Of a stretch of DNA of 64,000 nucleotides, positions 1-14,170 are shown piece by piece. Position numbers and translations under genes: made by a program. This DNA is from Eledone cirrhosa (lineage: Eukaryota). The notes under the pieces were generated by a model. That model made no database searches. It had not been told where the DNA came from and saw only the letters and a list, made by a program, of their open reading frames with translations. Within the stretch, counting starts at the first letter, position 1; each line of letters starts with the position of its first letter. The stretch is taken from positions 22,940,001 through 23,004,000 of the forward strand of contig OZ024756.1 of assembly GCA_964016885.1 (NCBI GenBank), given 5' to 3'.

Positions 1-241
1 AGATCATTATATCTGGCCTGTCAAGATGAGTTCTACAAAGATTTTGACTGAATCATTCCAGCCCAATGGCTGCCATTGTTCAGATGTATGTAAAGGCAGG
101 CTGTAACACCACTGATATGGACATTTCTTTTCACTGGCTAACTGTCTTCTGCTTTGTAAATTAATATCCCTCCTCTCATCTAGTGTTCAATATAGTATGT
201 ATCTGTGTATGTATCTAAGCCATTGTGAGCGTAAACACACA

Positions 242-330
<89 letters not shown>

Positions 331-333
<3 letters not shown>

Positions 334-530
334 AGTTAATTTATTTATTAATTAACAATAACATTGATTGATTTATTTATTTAAAAATTGTCAATTGACA
401 ATTATTAAATAAATAAATAAATAAATAAATATATATAGATTTATTTATTTATTTAATAATTGTCAATTGACAATTTTTAAATAAATAAATAAATCAATGT
501 TATTGTTAATTAATAAATAAATTAACTAAT
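331..530. repeat. ~200-bp AT-rich inverted repeat (fold-back) next to a (TA)n tract
   Basis: attagttaatttatttattaattaacaataacattgatt at 331 is the reverse complement of aatcaatgttattgttaattaataaataaattaactaat ending at 530; centre near 430. Confidence 0.9.
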
Positions 531-654
531 ACGTTAACACTTCACACAAAGTAAAATATTTTGTTTTAAACATTTTCTAACCCAGAAAAAAGAGAGAAAA
601 ATAAAGGAAAAAAAAATATTTTTCTTCCTAATAATCGTTTTTTTCTCCCTATTT

Positions 655-738
<84 letters not shown>

Positions 739-1094
739 AAAAGAGACCGATAGAGTATGTGTGAGTGGGTGTGTATATATATATATATGAGGAAAATGAT
801 AATATAAAAAGGTTTCGTAAAGCGCATCTGGTATATATATAAAAAAAAGTAGCTTCATAATATATACAAAAAATTCATAATAGCGAAGCTTGCTTTCTCC
901 GTTCTAGATTTTCAAAACATTACTTATTAGGATAAATTGCCCTTTCGTCAAAACGCCTGTATGGCGGTTTGATTTTATACATATAATCAATTACAATAGT
1001 GAAATACGCAGATACTTAAGTTTCTTTGGTTTTAATGGGAACTCCGGACTGAGTGCTCTAATCACTTGAATATTTATATCAAGTTTGTACTACA

Positions 1095-1192
1095 ATATAT
1101 ATATATATACATACACATATATATATATATACAAATATATATACATACATATACACATATATATATATATACAAATATATATACATACATAT

Positions 1193-1233
<41 letters not shown>

Positions 1234-1460
1234 AATATATATATATATATATATATACATATACAAATATATATACATACATACATGCATATACAAATAT
1301 ATATACATACATATACAAATATATATACATACATATATATATACATACATACATACATATATACATTCATATATATATATATACATACATACATATATAT
1401 ATACATTCATATATATATATATATACATACGTACATATATACATTCATATATATATATAT

Positions 1461-1515
<55 letters not shown>

Positions 1516-1747
1516 TAAATACATATACATACATAAACATACATACATACGTATACATATATACACACACACACACATATATTATATATATATATACATA
1601 TGTATATATATATACATGCAAACATATATATACATACGTATGCATATATATATATACACACACACATGCATATATATATATACACACACACATGCATATA
1701 TATATATACACACACATATATATATATACACACACACATATGTATAT

Positions 1748-1834
<87 letters not shown>

Positions 1835-2040
1835 TATGTATATACACACATATATATACAGACACACATATATATATACTCATATATATATATGTATACA
1901 CACACATATATATATATACACATATATATATATGTATACACACACACATATATATATATACACATATATATATACACACATATATATATATACACACACA
2001 TATATATATACACACACATATATATATACACAGACGTATA

Positions 2041-2098
<58 letters not shown>

Positions 2099-2151
2099 CA
2101 TATACATACACATTTATATACATATATATACATTTATACATAGATATATCT

Positions 2152-2200
<49 letters not shown>
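1095..2200. repeat. Compound (TA)n/(CA)n/(TACA)n microsatellite field
   Basis: Direct reading; source of the spurious Y/I/H/T ORFs. Confidence 0.95.
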
Positions 2201-2202
<2 letters not shown>

Positions 2203-2379
2203 GTATGTGTGTGTGTGTTCTGTGATTACAAGATGTCTGTGTAATACATCAGCAAGTAAAACAGGTGAAAGACAAGTTAAAGAGTTGCAGGTGATTAAGA
2301 GATTGAATCACAGAGTAAATATATTTTATGACAGATTTGATGACCAACTCTTTAATGAAAACATCTATCATCGCCATTG

Positions 2380-2740
2380 TCATCGCCACCATTAACATTA
2401 CCGTAAACATCTTCATCGTCAGCGTCATCGTCATCGGCATCACCATTAACATTACCATCATCATCAACATCAACATCATCACACTCACTACCATAAGGAC
2501 CACCACCATCATCATCATCATCATCATCATCATCATAAACATTAACATAAACATCACCATCATCATCATCATCATCATCATCATAAACATTAACATAAAC
2601 ATCACCATCACCATCATCATCATCATCATCATAAACATTAACATAAACATCATCATCATCATCATCATCATCATCATAAACATTAACATAAACATCACCA
2701 TCACCATCATCATCACCATCATCATAAACATTAACATAAA

Positions 2741-2773
<33 letters not shown>

Positions 2774-2990
2774 AAACATTAACATAAACATCATCATCAT
2801 CATCATCATCATCATAAACATTAACATAAACATCATCATCATCATCATCATAGTCATCGTTAACATTACCATAAACATCTTCGTCGTCATTCATAGGCTG
2901 TCATAAATGCCATCATCATCATCATCATCATCATCATCATAAACATCTTCCTAGCCATCATCATCGTCATCACCATTAATATTACCATAA
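2380..2990. repeat. (CAT)n microsatellite with periodic aaacattaacataaa interruptions
   Basis: Direct reading. Confidence 0.9.
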
Positions 2991-2994
2991 ATGT

Positions 2995-3184
2995 GAACTA
3001 AGACCGTAAAGGGGCGTAACTCTTTTGCTGCACAGTATGGCGTCCGACCCTCTATCGATACTGCCAATCCACCGCCTCTCCAATAATTGTTTCTACTTTT
3101 GGCACAAGGCCAGCAATAACCCAGTACATTACTGGTACTTTATTTTATCGACCCCGTAAGGATGAAAGGCAAAGTTGACCTCGA
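2995..3184 (-). mobile_element. tRNA-derived SINE (family A), two adjacent fragments
   Basis: Matches reverse complement of the full copies (gatactgccaatccaccgcc; tactggtactttattttatcgaccccgtaaggatgaaaggc). Confidence 0.85.
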
Positions 3185-3291
3185 CCGCAAGAACGGTAGA
3201 AGTGTAACGCTACGTCTGGTTTATTCTTATTCTAATATTTAAAGATATCATGTCTATAGTAATTTGACTACAATATACCATTATTACGAAA

Positions 3292-3360
3292 GCAGTGGAT
3301 TGGCAGTATCGGTAGAGGGTCGGACGTAATTGCTGGCATTGTGCCAAAAGTAAAAACAAT
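3292..3360 (+). mobile_element. SINE family A, internally deleted, with 22-bp target-site duplication
   Basis: Head ggattggcagtatcggtagagggtcggacg fused to tail taattgctggc; caatataccattattacgaaag at 3271-3292 and 3357-3378. Confidence 0.85.
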
Positions 3361-4209
3361 ATACCATTATTACGAAAGGTCAAGTAAGAATTCTTCTAAG
3401 ATCCTTTGTACAAAACGCCACCTTTATTTTCCGTTTATTTGTCTTTCTGATACTTTTTCTGCCATTCGTTATTATTTTATCTTATTTTTTTATTAATTGT
3501 AATTTATTTTTATTGTAGTTATTTTGTTTTTTGGTTTTTTTTTGCTTTGGGTTTCTTTTTAGCATCTATGTATTTATTTTTTTACATCATATGTTCACTG
3601 TAAATACGAATTATTATGAAAGGTTACATAAACTATTTGCTTTATTAAATATGTGTGTGCGTGTGTGTGTGTGGGGGGGGGGTATTTATATGTTTGTGTG
3701 TGTATATATGTATATACAATGTCTAAAAAGACATTTAAAAGTACATCAAGATCTGACCAGACAGGCAGTTCAAGCTGCAACAAAAACAATGGGTAATGTA
3801 TAAGGACGGCTTTCACAAATGATTTCTGGTCTAAAAAGCCACATAAGGTCAGATGCCAGAACTGAGATCATGTACATTGAAGTGGTCAAGCTTTGTATTT
3901 ACCAGACAGCTAGTATGTATGTGGTATAAATGTATGCATGTATGTATGTACATATGTATGTACGTATGCATATAGCTGTGTATAGATGTAGGTATGTATA
4001 TAAGTATATATGTATGCATGTATGTACATATGTATGTACGTATACATATAGCTGTGTATAGATGTAGATATGTATATAAGTATATATGTATGCATGTATG
4101 TACATATGTATGTACGTATACATATAGCTGTGTATAGATGTAGATATGTATATAAGTATATATGCATGCATGTATATATGTATGTATGTGTATTTGTATG
4201 TGTGTATAT

Positions 4210-4460
4210 GACTATAACGTTGTGGGTCCAAATCCTGGACAGGGTTGTGTGCTGTGTTCTTAAGCAAAATACTTCATTTTATGTTGCTCCAGTATACTTA
4301 ACTGAAAACGAATACCAGTATTAGCAGGTTGTTTAACCCTGCGATGGACTGGCGTCCTGTCCAGGGGAAGTTTTGTACACGCAGTTGCTTAACGCTATGG
4401 AAACCAGGATAAACACCAGCCTGATGAGCGTCCGGACTTGAGACAGACGTTAGACTTTAG
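4210..4460 (+). mobile_element. Second SINE family (B): tRNA-like head, CORE-like segment, V-domain-like segment
   Basis: tgtgttcttaagcaaaatacttc (CORE-like) and ccctgcgatggactggcgtcctgtccagggg (V-like); 3' end recurs inverted at ~35540-35620 and ~60330-60415. Domain names are from recall, not a search. Confidence 0.6.
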
Positions 4461-4924
4461 ATGTACATATGTATGTATGGATATAAGTATGTATGTAGGT
4501 ATATATGGATGGATTCATGAATATACGTATATGTACACCATCATAGGGTAGGTGATGATATACAACATTACGTACCACACAAATTCTAACAATTATTTTA
4601 CCTTTTACCCGGAGAAACAAAACCAAGGACTACCCCCCAAAATAGGGGAAAACCATTACAATAATTAATTTACGAAAATTAATTTACATACATAGAAGAA
4701 TCCTTACACTATTTGTGCAGGTAAGCTGACAACCATGACCATATTTTGGTTTTCTTGTAATGCTTCAGCAAGTCAAAATATTTTGCATACAGAAAAACAC
4801 TAAAAATATTTTTTAGTCAGTAGAATTGTCAAATCGGAAGAATACGATTGGTTAATTGGAATAGGTCAGGTGCGCTAATGACAAGAATTTAGATTAATAA
4901 GGTAAGTTATTATAATTATTATAT

Positions 4925-5000
4925 ATAAAGTACCAGTAATGTACTGGGGTCGATTTACTCCCAAGATTGCTGGCCTTGTGCCTAAAGTAGAAACAATTAT
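4925..5000 (+). mobile_element. SINE family A 3' fragment
   Basis: aaagtaccagtaatgtactgggg...gctggccttgtgcctaaagtagaaacaatt. Confidence 0.8.
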
Positions 5001-5030
5001 ATATATATATATATATATATTAATATAGTT

Positions 5031-5081
5031 AGTTTCAGAAGATCCCGTTAAGGGTGAAAGCAGCGATTCTTTGCTTAAACT
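5031..5081 (+). ncRNA. Degenerate type I hammerhead motif (core CAGAAGA) between two (TA)n tracts
   Basis: agttt-CAGAAGA-tcccgttaagggt-GAAA-gca...tgc-TT-aaact: stems I, II and III form; one core substitution. Confidence 0.55.
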
Positions 5082-5124
5082 TTAATCTGTTATTTTAATA
5101 AATATATATATATATATATATATA

Positions 5125-5307
5125 AGTCCCTGTTCAATCGGGGATAACCACCACAAGTATGTAAAATCTTGTAGTAGAGTATATACAAGATTTAATACAG
5201 AGATGGCTTCTACAGGACTAGATTTGTTTCATTCGAAGGACTTTCTTCAAGATTCCCTTCGAATGAAACAGTTCTAGATTTGTAGAAGACATCTCTATAT
5301 TAAATCT
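5125..5307. mobile_element. Fold-back Penelope-like mini-element with two degenerate hammerheads (same family as 16501 and 33333)
   Basis: Palindrome 5188-5307 containing gaatGAAACagttctag...GTAgaag on both strands; unpaired tail 5125-5187 ends at (TA)n. Confidence 0.65.
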
Positions 5308-5393
5308 CACAAACACACACATATATATATATATATGTGTGTGTATGTGTGTGAGTGTGTGTGTGTGGTTTAATATAGAGATGTCTTCTACAA

Positions 5394-5438
<45 letters not shown>

Positions 5439-5866
5439 CACACAAATATAAATTAGCGAGAATCACATTTCGGTTATTGGAAATTAGCGAAAAACAACTA
5501 CCGAGATGTGTGGCAAGCGCTCCATAAAAACGAGTGAACTAGAACAACAACATACGTTAAAAGTCCAAACACACTGAGACGATGGTTAAACCATTAACCG
5601 CAAAGCCATAGAAACGACCAAGCTATTCGGGTCAAACAAATAATAAAATATGGTTGAAAATTATGATTGAAAATTATATATATATGCGAGATGGTGGTGT
5701 AATGTTCCTGTCTTTGGGTACTATAAAATAGAGGAAGATCAGTTAATTATAATTTTATTCAACATATATTGCTCACAGATTCACACATTCATTGCAGTGG
5801 TCGCACCTCCCCTGTAAAGGTATCAACTTTCGCGATATTCTTAAAACCAAGAACTTCTCAGCATCC

Positions 5867-5935
<69 letters not shown>

Positions 5936-6610
5936 GACGTAAATAAGAAAGTTATGAAAATTGACTTACTTACTAAAATTTCACTCCAACTAATTAGTTT
6001 CTGTAAGGTATGCATCTGTATACATATGTCGGTAGATATATTAATTCTTTATATATATATATTACATCATATATATAACATCATATATATCTAGCCGATC
6101 TTTCGGACTTTTACAAAGCGCTGAATTAAAGAGTGGTGTGGTCATGCTTTTGCTCCGACTCTTCGTGCCCTGACTTCAAATACCATCATGACATGCCTGA
6201 GTGGAATATTAAACCATGTATCCCATTTAACAACACCACCTGGCAGTTGATCACCGGTACTTCATTCTGTTGCAATCAGTCGGTACAGGGTTCTTTCACG
6301 CCTATCACGGAGACTATTAAAAGAATAATGGGCAGCACCTTTACTCCTTTGTATAAACAATGACATTTCCAAGATTTCTTCCATTCAATTTTACACAGAT
6401 TATTACCATTTTGAATAACAATTCTGTAGCAGACTATTAGGTTTAAATATTACCACAAGTCCAACTATTTTACTACTTAAAATCTAAATAAACCTTAATA
6501 ATAATTCAATTTCACCGAAGCCACCATTCACATTAAAAATGATAAGACAAAAGGACACCGAGCAGTTAATGTAGTGAAAACAATAAAAAATACTTTCATT
6601 ATTTGATTGA

Positions 6611-6792
6611 ATTGGCAGTATCGGTAGAGGGTCGGACGCCATGCTTTGACGCATAGAGTTACGGCCCTTGCCATTCTGAGTTCAAATCCCGCCGAGGTTG
6701 ACTTTGCCTTTCATCCTTATGGGGTCTATAAAATAAAGTACCAGTAATGTACTGGGTAATTGCTGGCCTTGTGCCTAAAGTAGAAACAATTA
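6611..6792 (+). mobile_element. SINE family A, near full length
   Basis: Pol III A box TGGCAGTATCGG, B box GAGTTCAAATC, central gcctttcatccttatggggtctataaaataaagtaccag (resembles Meta/MESC domain, from recall), tail gtagaaacaatt. Confidence 0.9.
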
Positions 6793-7382
6793 TTTGATTA
6801 ATCTCAATCATCAAATTGTCAACTAGGGAATCGTTTCAGAAAATCATAATTATTTGCAGAATCGCAAGTGTTGCTTCTATACAGCTGCTATTTCTAGCAG
6901 CTCGAGTGACAACATAAAAGCTTTCTCGTTGGTTCGTATCATATGGTTTGATTCACATTGAAGGCTGCAGCTATGCTGGTGAATTAAACGGCTAAGTTGC
7001 ATATGTATTCCAAAATAATCCAGAATACATATATGAAATGACAAATTAATAGAAATACCATACACGTTCTTAATAGTTAGATTATAGCTTACTTATAGAT
7101 AACAATATGGCAACAGATCTGGTTCGACTATTAAAGGAGACGAAAAGCAATTATTTCATAATTACAGATGTATTGGCATCACTTAAGTGTAGATTATCAT
7201 TATATAATCTTATTGAATACGATTTAAAAAGACATTTCAGTAATTATCTATCTGTAGCCTGGTCACCGCTAAAATAACGATGTGATCGTTAATAAAGACA
7301 AACAAGAAGCGCTTCTCTATGATTTAGTGATTATTTCTTATAAACTCGAACAGACATTAAACAAACATTATATAGAGAAAAT

Positions 7383-7434
7383 TGGATTGGCAGTATCGCT
7401 AGAGGGTCGGACGCCATGCTTTGACGCATAGAGT
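7383..7434 (+). mobile_element. SINE family A 5' fragment
   Basis: ggattggcagtatcgctagagggtcggacgccatgctttgacgcatagagtt. Confidence 0.8.
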
Positions 7435-8524
7435 TTTGGATTGGTGGCGGTGGTGACCGCAGGCGGCCTCAAACCCCGGACAACTAACCTCCTTTGTAAA
7501 ATTGGAATGATAGCAACCCGTCGAGGAAAGAGGAAGGGTGTTACTGGCCATTGTACGCGGAACACAGACGAAACACCGCTCTGACCTAGGTATAGAGTCT
7601 GTCACCCGTTCCTCTTCCTTTTTTTCCAATGTCTAATAGCTCTTGCTCTTTCTCTCCTTTTCCTCTCATTTATGTCATTTATAGTCTTTTCAAATACTGC
7701 TTTCTCTTTCTGTAATGTTTTACCAATTTATTATAAAGATTCCAACAAAATGTTATGGTGAACAAGTCAAGAAGGTATTAAATTGCTACAAACTAATCTC
7801 ATGTTTCAAATAGAATATTAATCAATACAAATTTAAAATCATGCAAATATTTTACCATATTTACAAGTTTCTCTCAAAATAAATTAATATGATTTATTAA
7901 TTATCAAACGAAAATTGCTAAAGTTTCTAAATAGGATTAAAATAAGTATAAATCTACCAACAAAACAATCAAATCATTGGTTATTTCAAGAATACTACTA
8001 CATGAACGGTTTTACCTATGTATGTATATATTTATATTTATGCGTTAGCTAGTGTGTAAAGAAATAGAACGAGACATTAAATAGCAGTTTTAAACCACAC
8101 TAACACGTCTTTGTTTAGTCTGAACTCCGCCCGAGATTGCTCGATCTCTGATCAACGGAGATTCAACCATGAATTTTTAATTTATTCAGGGAAACATTAT
8201 CCAATATGGGCTTCCAATTTCAATATAAAAGACGTATTTGAAGGAGATCTGACTGCTATTTTCAGCCCTTCAAATGAAACGTGTGGTGAATGTTCCTCTT
8301 TCTTCGCCTTATCCAGTAAATCTGCGATCAGAAGATTCTGTACGTTAAATTCCGATCATTTTAGAAATACGATGTTGTTGTTTTTTGTATTTTTATTAGT
8401 TGTACTGATAGGGTTCCAATTTAAAGTATCTGTCTACTATTTAAAACAAGATCAGTGACCTCGTAGATTTTTCAACATTGGCTCATAATTAAAGTGAACG
8501 TACTCTCTTTTTTCCCCCTCCCTT

Positions 8525-9161
<637 letters not shown>

Positions 9162-9164
<3 letters not shown>

Positions 9165-9353
9165 CAAAGGAATTGTGGTAAGGAACCAGATGGACCTTAA
9201 CGCACCAGAGTACTCAATACTTAGGGTAGTAGAGTGGGAAATAGGAAAAAGTATGACCCCGACGGCAGAGCTCAAGCCGTTTCGACGGCTATTTCTGGAC
9301 TCAGAAGTAGCCGTCGAAACGGCTTGAGCCCTGCCGTCGGGGTCATACTTTTT

Positions 9354-9358
<5 letters not shown>
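9162..9358. mobile_element. Fold-back mini-element with the 3' half of a hammerhead on each strand, flanked by (TA)n
   Basis: Palindrome 9241-9358 with GAAAC-ggc..gcc-GTC-gggg in both arms; ~80-nt unpaired tail 9162-9240; homologous to 45803-46024 and 37173-37222. Confidence 0.75.
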
Positions 9359-9433
<75 letters not shown>

Positions 9434-9767
9434 CACACACACACGTGTGTGTGTATGTGTATGTATGTATGTATGTATCTATGTCACACTAACTCAATTT
9501 ATCTATTTCAATTTCAGACATAAACGATTCCACAGTATCAATCATCGTGTGACAGTCCACCATTCGAACTAATCATTGTCTGTCTATCATTCCATCGTAT
9601 TATCAAACTGATTCTACATAATTCGATACATTTACCAATTTAGTTATAAAGACATTGCCTTGTGAATTTACATAAATGTATGTATGTATAAAACTGAAGA
9701 TGTATGAAAAAGAAATGTATGCGTATGCCTGTATAAAATTATGTATGTATAGATCAACATATGTAAA

Positions 9768-9809
<42 letters not shown>

Positions 9810-9941
9810 CTGTATGTATGTATGTTTAGCTGTGTAGGTAGAACCATGTATGTATAGAATTATTTACGTATAGAACTCTATATGCAAAGAACTGTATGTA
9901 TGTATGTACGCATGTATATGAGCATTTATATATATAAATAA

Positions 9942-9944
<3 letters not shown>

Positions 9945-10015
<71 letters not shown>

Positions 10016-10625
10016 CGAGCGAGAGAGAGAGAGAAGGCGAGCGAGAGAGAGAGAAGGCGCACGAGAGAGAAAGTGAGAGAGAAAGAGAGAGAGAAAGAGA
10101 GAAAGGCGAGAGAGAGAGAGAAAGAGGGAGAAAGAACGAGAGGGAGAAAGAGGGAGAAAGAACGAGAGAGAGAAAGAGAGCGAGAAGGCGAGAGAGAGGG
10201 AGAAAGAAAGAGAGAAAGAGAGAGAGAGGGAAAGAGAGAGAGAGATAGATAGATAGATAGATGGAATTATATATGTATGAAAGTGATGTACGTGTATCTG
10301 TATGCTTATATGTATGTAGAAAAGCACGTAGACTGTGTATATACATATATATATGCATTCGTGTATGTGCGTGTGAGTGTATGGATATATATATATATGT
10401 GTGTGGGGGAGTACGTATGTAAGTATACAGTTGTCTGTATGTATGTGTATGTGTGTATATGTATACGTGTGTATGTGTGTATATGTATATGTGTGTATGT
10501 GTGTATATGTATACGTGTGTATGTGTGTATATGTATATGTGTGTATGTGTGTATATGTATACGTGTGTATGTGTGTATATGTATATGTGTGTATGTGTGT
10601 ATATGTATACGTGTATGTATGTACA
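9945..10625. repeat. (TA)n, (GA)n and tgtgtatatgtata-type low-complexity repeats
   Basis: Direct reading. Confidence 0.9.
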
Positions 10626-10807
10626 ATGCAGCTAAGTGTATCTCGGTATCTATCTTTATATTGATCAACCTCTTTAAACCTCACTGTGTACATGACCACA
10701 ATTCCTCCCATTCTGATTTATATCTCTATATCTGTCTGTCTGTCGACCTTTCGGCCTATCTATCCATCGAGCCATCTATCTATCTATCTATCTATCTGTC
10801 TGTTAAT

Positions 10808-11330
10808 GAGTCCATTGTCATGATCAAACCGCCACCCTCCTTCAAAAACGAAGGAGAGGCGGTTTTCCTTTGTGTGATAGCTATGGCGAAAGAGGTTGTA
10901 TGGTGGACGAGGTTGAAAGGGCTGAGGTCAGACACCTTTCTCTCCGGCCAACAACTGATTCTTTTTTTCAAATACCACTTTGGAAGAAGAATCAGGATGA
11001 AGAGAGAGGTGCTGTACCCCAGCAAGTTTTATGAAAGGTGGGTGAAAGTGGCGAGAATGGCCCGAGTGAATGGGCCTTCTCTCTATATCAGAGTGGGTTT
11101 AGAAAAAAGAGGAAGAGAGGAAAGGGGTACTCACTCTTCGTACTCCTGGAGATGAGGGGTGCACATTTTTTCGGGGGTATGTGTTACCCATATGTAATGT
11201 CTCCCCCCATTGGGGAAAATCGATTAATTTTTAAATTGCATTTGTGATAATATTTTACGTTTCTATTGTATGTAAACTTCCCCCTTTGTATTTGTCCCCT
11301 TCTTTTGTGCCCTTGTGGCTAATAAAGAAA
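10808..11330 (+). mobile_element. Tx1-like LINE 3' fragment (end of ORF2 plus 3' UTR)
   Basis: Encodes ESIVMIKPPPSFKNEGEAVFLCVIAMAKEVVWWTRLKG...RWVKVARMARVNG; homologous to the 3' end of the 11433 copy; ends aataaagaaa. Confidence 0.85.
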
Positions 11331-11432
11331 CATATCTATTGATCCATCCACCTCTCTATTAATCTATCGATCCATTCACCTATCTATCCACCCAGCTGCC
11401 TATCTACATATCTATTTATCAGTCTTTCTATA

Positions 11433-14170
11433 GAAGCGGCGACGTGGCTAGAGTGCTAGTGTTGAGAACGGCCCTGGGCAAGTTCTTCGACGCGAAACAC
11501 GAACACTGCATCGTCCGAAGCAAAATACGTGCTCTGGGAAACGAGGGGACCAAAGCTGTTAGCTGGGCCCGCGTGACAGAAGCCAAAAGAGGGAGTAGAT
11601 CCACTATCCGGTCTTTGCGAGACCAGGATGGACGGGTGATCCTTGCGCCTAAGCAGATGTGCGAGGCTTTTCAAAAGCACTTTGTCAGAATGTTCGGAAG
11701 GGGCGAGGAGCCGGTTGGGGAAGTGGACTTAGTGTCCATACCTCGACGGCCTGCCACGTCTCTCGGACAGGGAGGCGAAGTCCTGCGAGGAGCCGATTTC
11801 AGCCGCTGAGATAGAGGACGGGCTGAGCCAATGCGGCAAACGCAAATCTGCGGGTCTCGATGGTCTTCCATACGAACTATATCTAGCTATGCCGGACTTG
11901 TTCCCCGATCTCCTCGAGGCGGTCTACTGCAACTGGCAACAGAACGGGAGAATTCCCTGTGCTGTAACCAAGGGCGCAGTCACGCTAGTGAGGAAGGACG
12001 AGAACAAGCGGGACGATATAAATAATTTCAGGCCCATAACTCTGCTAAACTCAGAGTTACAGATTTTGGCCAAGGTGCTAGCAAAAAGGTTGGCGCTTGT
12101 CGTGGGCAACCTGGTGGGAGATGCGCAGACATGTGCTATCCCGTCCAGGTGCATCCACGACAACCTCCACCTCATGCGATACATCATAGAGAGGGTTGGG
12201 TACGAACCCGGCTTTGGTGGGGCCCTGATCAACTTGGATCAATCTAAGGCGTTCGATAGGGTCTACCATGGTTACCTGGATGCGGTGCTGGCGACAGCAG
12301 GCTTCGGACCCGTTTTCAGGAGCTGGATCAATGCCATGCACAGCACCCGCATCTGCTCTAGGGTCAAGGTGAACGGCTACCTCTCGGAGCCGTTCGAAAT
12401 CGCGCGGTCCATCCACAAGGGTGCCCTCTCTCCTCCCTTCTGTATGTAGTGACTCTAGAGCCACTGTTGCGGAAGTTGGAGTTGTTGCAGGGCATCCCGT
12501 TGGAACCGGGATTGTGGAAAGCGGTGTCGGCCTACGCCGATGACGTAACAGTAATGGTGTCGACGGCCTCGGTAATCGGGGCGATCGGCACCTTACTGGA
12601 GGAGTACGAAAGGTTTACAGGGGCTAAGCTGTAAGTCGATCGGTCTGCAACTCGGCACGTGGAGGGGCAGATCGATGCCCTCCGATGGCGTCGTCGGGCG
12701 CTGGACGGAGAGCCCGGTGAAGTTGCTCGGGGTCTGGTTCGGACCAGACCTCCAGGTGGAGAAGAACTGGGGTGAGTTAACGAACAGGGTGTTTGCACTG
12801 ACCCAGAAGTGGCCTGAGCGCAAACTGTCCCTGAAAGGTCGGGCGGTGGTGGCGAACACTTATATAGCGTCCGTCATCCACTATCGCCTGACCGTTGTGC
12901 CTTGCCCAACGGAAACGCTCGCCAAAATGGAGCGCGCACTCTTCCAATTCCTTTGGAAGAAGTGGGCTCCTATGGTGAGGAGATCCATCTGCTGTCAACA
13001 CCCTTCGAAAGGAGGGCTGGGGATGCCGTGGCTAATGATACGTAAACACGCATTAAGGCTACGGCACCTCCAGGTATTCCTCACCGGTCAACCGGTGTGG
13101 GCCTCGTTTGTGAGGCGAGCCTTTCCCAGACTCGTCTCACTCACCGAGCTGCAATCCTGGGTCAAGCAAAGACAGAGAAAACTGGGCGCCTGGCACACAG
13201 AGTGTGCCCAGGCGCTCACGGCTCTCTAGCAGGCGGACCCGGCTGTCAGTGGAGAATCCACCTCGTCATTCTATAGAGGGCTGGTGGTTAGCAGGTGCGA
13301 CGACGCCCTCGGAGAAGCCCTAGGTATGGAGGAAGACGAACTGGCCAACCTGTTCGGTAGGACATTCAGCCCGGGACCCATGGATAACTTCCAGAGGTCC
13401 CTGGCCTGGCAGTGCTACCGAGGGGCTCTGCCCGTTCGAGAAAGACTTTACAGACACGGGCGCCCGGGTAGGGACCCCTCGAAAAAGATCTCTCCCAGAT
13501 GCGCGTGCGACGAGGAAACCGTTGCACGGTACACTGCTCGGGCATTGCCGATCTGTGGGGCTATGTCGAACAACTGCTGTCACGGGTTGGACCGATCCGG
13601 TTGACCACCGACTCTATTGTAACGATTAAGCCGCCTCCCCTCTTCAAAAACGAAGGAGAGGCAGTGTTTCTGTGCGTAATAGCCATGGCGAAAGAGGTTG
13701 TATGGTGGACGCGTCTGAAAGGACTGAGGTCAGACACACTTCCCTCTGGCCAACAACTGGTCCGTTTCTTCCGATATCATTTCGGAAGAAGGATCAGGAT
13801 GGAGAGAGAGGTGCTGCACCCCAGCCGTTTTTTATGAAAGATGGGTGAAAGTGGCGAGAATGGCCCGTGTGAATGGGCCTTCACTCTACATCAGACTATA
13901 GGTGAGGAAGATGAAAGATCAAGGGAGCACCCCCCACTCTGTGCTCCTGAAAAGAAGGGTTGCACACTTTTTTTCGGGGATGTGTGCGACCCCCCAAGGC
14001 GCCTCCTCTCTATTGAGGATTTCGTTATAAATTTTATTTTGTTATATTTTATTTTATTTTTATATTTTGTTATTGCCTCCTCCTTATTGAGGACACCTTG
14101 TTTTGTAAACTCCCCCCCCCCCCATTGTACTTGTCCCACTTTTGATGCCCTGGTGGCAAATAAAAGAAAC
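11433..14170 (+). mobile_element. 5'-truncated, disrupted Tx1/L1-group non-LTR retrotransposon (reverse transcriptase ORF2 pseudogene plus 3' UTR)
   Basis: Broken ORFs with RT motifs FRPITLLNSELQILAKVLAKRL, NLHLMR, LDQSKAFDRV, SAYADDV, LLGVWFG, LSLKGR, KGGLG and a C-terminal CPRC...EET..H-like zinc-finger remnant; multiple frameshifts and stops; ends aataaaagaaac. Confidence 0.9.

Noticed and set aside
1066-2244. Long Y/I/H/T/V/C-rich ORFs here and at ~8500, 18800, 21700, 30200, 32000, 46700 and 49200
   Set aside because: Translations of TA/CA/TG microsatellites, open in several frames on both strands
4421-4460. CTGATGA here, and CTGANGA at ~23042, ~24346 and ~42570
   Set aside because: No compatible stem II-GAAA-stem III-NUH-stem I arrangement; the 4421 instance lies in a SINE tail
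6133-6363. 76-aa non-repetitive ORF (also 8111-8458 and 61836-62138)
   Set aside because: No recognisable domain or supportable exon structure; small host exons cannot be excluded without transcript data
6611-6692. tRNA genes at A-box/B-box matches
   Set aside because: No cloverleaf; they are heads of SINE copies continuing into SINE body and tail
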